NCBI GenBank assembly: GCA_038212275.1
Contig: JBBQUR010000002.1
Location: 128,001-192,000, forward strand
Length of the DNA stretch: 64,000 bases
From: Planctomycetota bacterium
GTDB lineage: Bacteria > Planctomycetota > B15-G4
Direction of reading: 5' to 3'
The translations under genes and the position numbers were made by a program. This document shows positions 61,016 to 64,000 of this stretch, piece after piece (position 1 is the first letter of the stretch; every line of letters starts with the position of its first letter). The notes under the pieces were generated by a model that made no database searches, was not told the DNA's origin, and saw only the letters and a list, made by a program, of their open reading frames with translations.

Positions 61016-61891
61016 ATGAAGAACCTCATCCGGTGCGCTGCTGTCGTCGCTGCTGCGACCTTCCTGGTCTCCACCACGCTGCTGGCCCAGCCCGCGCAGC
61101 CGCCGGAACTCGAGTTCCCGCAGCCGAGCCCGGCGGCCACGATCACGCAGCGCGTCGGGCTGACCGACATCGCCATCAACTACGCGCGTCCCAGTGCCAA
61201 GGGTCGCGTGATCTTCGGCGACCTCGTGCCGTACGGCGAGATGTGGCGCACGGGCGCGAACGCCGCGACCACGATCACGTTCAGCACCGACGTGATGGTC
61301 GAAGGCAAGCCGGTTCCAGCCGGCACCTACGCGCTGTTCACGATCCCGGGCAAAACCGAGTGGTCGTTCATTCTCGACAAGGTGGCCGCGCAGTGGGGTG
61401 CGTACACGCACGACCAGGCGAATGAGCTGCTTCGGGTGACGGTGAAGCCCGTGGCCCTGCGCGAGCCGGTGGAGACGCTGCGCATCAGCATGGAGGACCT
61501 CGGCGCCGACTCCGCGAAGCTCGACATCGCGTGGGAGAAGACGGCCGTGTCGGTGACGATCAAGACCGACCTCGTGGCGCTGATGATCCCGAAGATCGAG
61601 GCCGCGATGGCCGGCGACGGACCGAAGCCCTACTTCCCGGCCGCGATGTTCTACTACGACAACGATCGCGATCTGCCGCAGGCCGCCGAGTGGATGGAGA
61701 AGGCCCTGCAGGAGAAGCCGGACGCGGTGTGGATGGTCTACCGCTACGGTCTCATCCTCGACAAGGCGGGCGACAAGGAAGGCGCGATGATCCAGGCGAA
61801 GCTGGCGCTGGATCTCGCGAAGAAGGCGGGCGGCGCGCTGGGCGAGGAGTACACGCACCTCAGCGAGGCGCTCATCGCCCGCCTCAAGTAG
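61016..61891 (+). CDS. DUF2911-domain secreted protein with TPR-like C-terminus
   Basis: PQPSP, YARPSAKGRVIFG.LVPYGEMWRTGAN, AGTYALFTIP, WE. Confidence 0.9.
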   Translation: MKNLIRCAAVVAAATFLVSTTLLAQPAQPPELEFPQPSPAATITQRVGLTDIAINYARPSAKGRVIFGDLVPYGEMWRTGANAATTITFSTDVMVEGKPVPAGTYALFTIPGKTEWSFILDKVAAQWGAYTHDQANELLRVTVKPVALREPVETLRISMEDLGADSAKLDIAWEKTAVSVTIKTDLVALMIPKIEAAMAGDGPKPYFPAAMFYYDNDRDLPQAAEWMEKALQEKPDAVWMVYRYGLILDKAGDKEGAMIQAKLALDLAKKAGGALGEEYTHLSEALIARLK

Positions 61892-61922
61892 GCGTTCGAC
61901 TCACCCGACCGACCGCGGGAGC

Positions 61923-64000
61923 ATGCCGATCGAAAGCGATGTCGCGGGTCAGAAGGGGCCCATGCTCCGTCATCTCGCGCCGCGCGAGTCGGGCGCGCCG
62001 CGCGAGTCGGGCGCCCCGCGCGAGTCGGGCGCCCCGAGCGAGCGCGCGATCGAGGACGGCATCCTCGCGTACTTCGCGGAGCGCTATCCGGGCAGCGCGC
62101 CGTACGCGGCTCAGGAGCTGGCGTTCAACGCGATCGCCGAGGGGCTGTCGAGCCTCATCCTCAAGACCCCCACCGGGTCGGGCAAGTCGGAGGTCGCGCT
62201 GGCGGCGCACTTCGCCGCGATGTGCCACGGCACGCGCAGCGTCTACACCGCCCCCACCAAGGCGCTCGTCAACGAGAAGTTCTTCGACCTGACCGGGCAC
62301 TTCGGCGCGCGCCACGTCGGCCTGATGACCGGCGACTCCACCATCAACCGCCACGCACCCATCCTCTGCTGCACGGCGGAGATCCTCGCGAAGATCGCCA
62401 TCCAGCGCGGCCCCGAGGCAGAGTGCGCGTGGGTGATCATGGACGAGTTCCACTTCTTCGGCGACCGCGAACGGGGCATGGCCTGGCTCGTGCCGCTGCT
62501 GGAGTTGAAAGGACCCCGCTTCCTTCTCATGTCCGCCACGCTGAAGGACCCGGAGGAACTGCGCCGCAACCTCGAGCAATGGACCGGCGCCGACGCGCTG
62601 CTGATCGAGGACAACGAACGCCCGGTGCCGCTGGTCGAGGAATTCAAGGAGCTCACGCCGGCCGACGCGCTCGAGAAACTCCTCGCCGACGGGATGGACC
62701 CGGTCTACGTGGTGAGCCTCGCGCGGTGGAAGGCGTCGGCGCTCGCGTCCGAGCTCGAGAAGACGCCGATGCCGGACGAGCTGAAGCGGGGACTGGCCGC
62801 AGGCAAGGCGCAGCGCGATGAGCTGATGGCCACCGTCGCCTTCGACACGCCCTTCGGCAAGCGCCTCAAGGGGCACCTGCGCAAGGGCGTGGCCGTCCAC
62901 CACGGCGGCATGCTGCCCAAGTATCGGCGCCTCGTGGAGCGGCTCGCCAAGCTGCGCCGCCCCGACAGCCCCGAGCGTGCGCTGGCCATCATCTGCGGGA
63001 CCAACACGCTGGGCGTCGGCGTGGACCTGCCGATCAAGACCGTGCTCATCACCGACCTCAACTTCAAGGCGGGCGACGACATGCGGCGCCTGTCCGCGCA
63101 GGACTACCGGCAGCTTTCCGGCCGGGCCGGTCGCAAGCGCTACCACGACATGGGCTACGTGTGGCTGCTCGCGCCCGAACACGAGGTCGAAAACGCGCAG
63201 CGCAAGCTCAAGGCCGAGGCGAAGGGCAAGAAGGTGCGGCTGCGCCAGCCGCCCGAGGGCTTTCGCGGCTGGTCCGAGGAAACGCTGCGCGCGCTGAGCA
63301 GCAAGCCCGCCAGCCACCTCGTCTCGCGCGTGGATCTCTCCGCGCGGCTGCTGCTCGAATTCCTGCAGCGCCCCGGCGACGGCCGCGAGCAGATGGAGGA
63401 GTTTCTCCGCAGCGCGAAGCTGACCGCCAAGCCGGAAGCCGAGCTGCTGGCGCGGCTGCAGGAGATGTATGCGGCGCTGCTGGCCTCGGGCGCGGTGGTG
63501 CGCCTCGACGCGCCCGACGAGAACGGCTGCCTGCACGCCGTGCACATCGACCTCGACCGAGCCCTCGACCGACCGCTGGGTCTCTTCCTGGAGCACGCGC
63601 TGCTTGCGCTCCCGGAGGAGGAACGCGTGGTGGAAGGCCTGCTCGCGGTCGTCGAGTCCGTGGTCGAGTGCCACCGCGGCATCCTCATCACCCAGGATCG
63701 TCGCGCGAAGGACAAGGCCTTCCAGGAGGGCGGGCCGATTCCCTTCGGAGACATGGAGGCCATCCGTGCGCGGGAGAAGCGCCTGGACGAGGCGACGCGC
63801 GACCGCCCCGGCGAGGAATGGATCGCCGCGGAGTTCGAGCGCTGGCGCCGCGACCATCCCTTCCTCGTCGCCGACGACCTCGCGCCGGATGCCAAGTCCG
63901 TGGTGCGCGAGATGTTCGAGTGCGGTCACGCCTTCACCGCCTACATCCGCGAGTGCAGCTACACCCGGAAAATGGGCGACCGGCGCGTCCGCATGGACCT
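61923..64000 (+). CDS. Ski2-like DEAD/DEAH-box helicase, runs off the window (start 61923 or 61962)
   Basis: Manually translated, absent from the track: PTGSGKS, YTAPTKALVNEKF, MDEFH, MSAT, HHGGMLPKYR, GTNTLGVGVDLP, QLSGRAGR. Confidence 0.92.
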   Translation, partial: MPIESDVAGQKGPMLRHLAPRESGAPRESGAPRESGAPSERAIEDGILAYFAERYPGSAPYAAQELAFNAIAEGLSSLILKTPTGSGKSEVALAAHFAAMCHGTRSVYTAPTKALVNEKFFDLTGHFGARHVGLMTGDSTINRHAPILCCTAEILAKIAIQRGPEAECAWVIMDEFHFFGDRERGMAWLVPLLELKGPRFLLMSATLKDPEELRRNLEQWTGADALLIEDNERPVPLVEEFKELTPADALEKLLADGMDPVYVVSLARWKASALASELEKTPMPDELKRGLAAGKAQRDELMATVAFDTPFGKRLKGHLRKGVAVHHGGMLPKYRRLVERLAKLRRPDSPERALAIICGTNTLGVGVDLPIKTVLITDLNFKAGDDMRRLSAQDYRQLSGRAGRKRYHDMGYVWLLAPEHEVENAQRKLKAEAKGKKVRLRQPPEGFRGWSEETLRALSSKPASHLVSRVDLSARLLLEFLQRPGDGREQMEEFLRSAKLTAKPEAELLARLQEMYAALLASGAVVRLDAPDENGCLHAVHIDLDRALDRPLGLFLEHALLALPEEERVVEGLLAVVESVVECHRGILITQDRRAKDKAFQEGGPIPFGDMEAIRAREKRLDEATRDRPGEEWIAAEFERWRRDHPFLVADDLAPDAKSVVREMFECGHAFTAYIRECSYTRKMGDRRVRMD
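61977..62036 (+). repeat. In-frame 18-bp tandem repeat (APRESG x3) in the helicase N-terminus
   Basis: gcg/gcc ccg cgc gag tcg ggc repeated three times. Confidence 0.85.

Overview
High-GC bacterial window, probably from an uncultured Planctomycetota lineage. That assignment is inferred from the FG-GAP, PD40 and sulfatase exoproteins, the ECF-type Ser/Thr kinase and the DUF6036 pair. Five blocks are visible. (1) 168-18150: an accessory block with a copper-resistance operon (Cys-rich leader, TolC, multicopper oxidase, CopA), a collapsed second copA, YHS and DUF3309 microproteins, a cyclic beta-1,2-glucan synthase and pgm. It is bracketed by a diverged direct duplication of a gene 3' end (74-143 and 18153-18258). 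(2) 18.3-22 kb: SOUL and fasciclin genes divergent from a CarH-like MerR/B12 regulator, plus an AlkD-like gene. (3) 22-27.9 kb: a more A/T-rich island downstream of tRNA-fMet with a DUF6036 nucleotidyltransferase pair, a DUF6265 pseudogene, a laminin-IV exoprotein, an orphan ORF and an IS end. (4) 27.9-47.7 kb: core-like genes (two tRNAs, aminotransferase, split transketolase in reversed order, THUMP methyltransferase, HupE/UreJ, kinase, M42 pair, large exoproteins). (5) 47.7-60.9 kb: a decayed mosaic bracketed by a second gene-3'-end duplication (47701-47768 and 60841-60913). It holds three ISCR/IS91-like oriIS ends, each abutting a gene fragment, including a polA 3' end. A DUF2911 gene and a Ski2-like helicase running off the window follow. 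The most intriguing signals are a ~120-aa C-terminal domain shared by four unrelated secreted proteins (candidate lineage-specific sorting or anchoring signal) and the integrase-free islands delimited by diverged gene 3' ends. No CRISPR array, reverse transcriptase, integrase or rRNA was seen.
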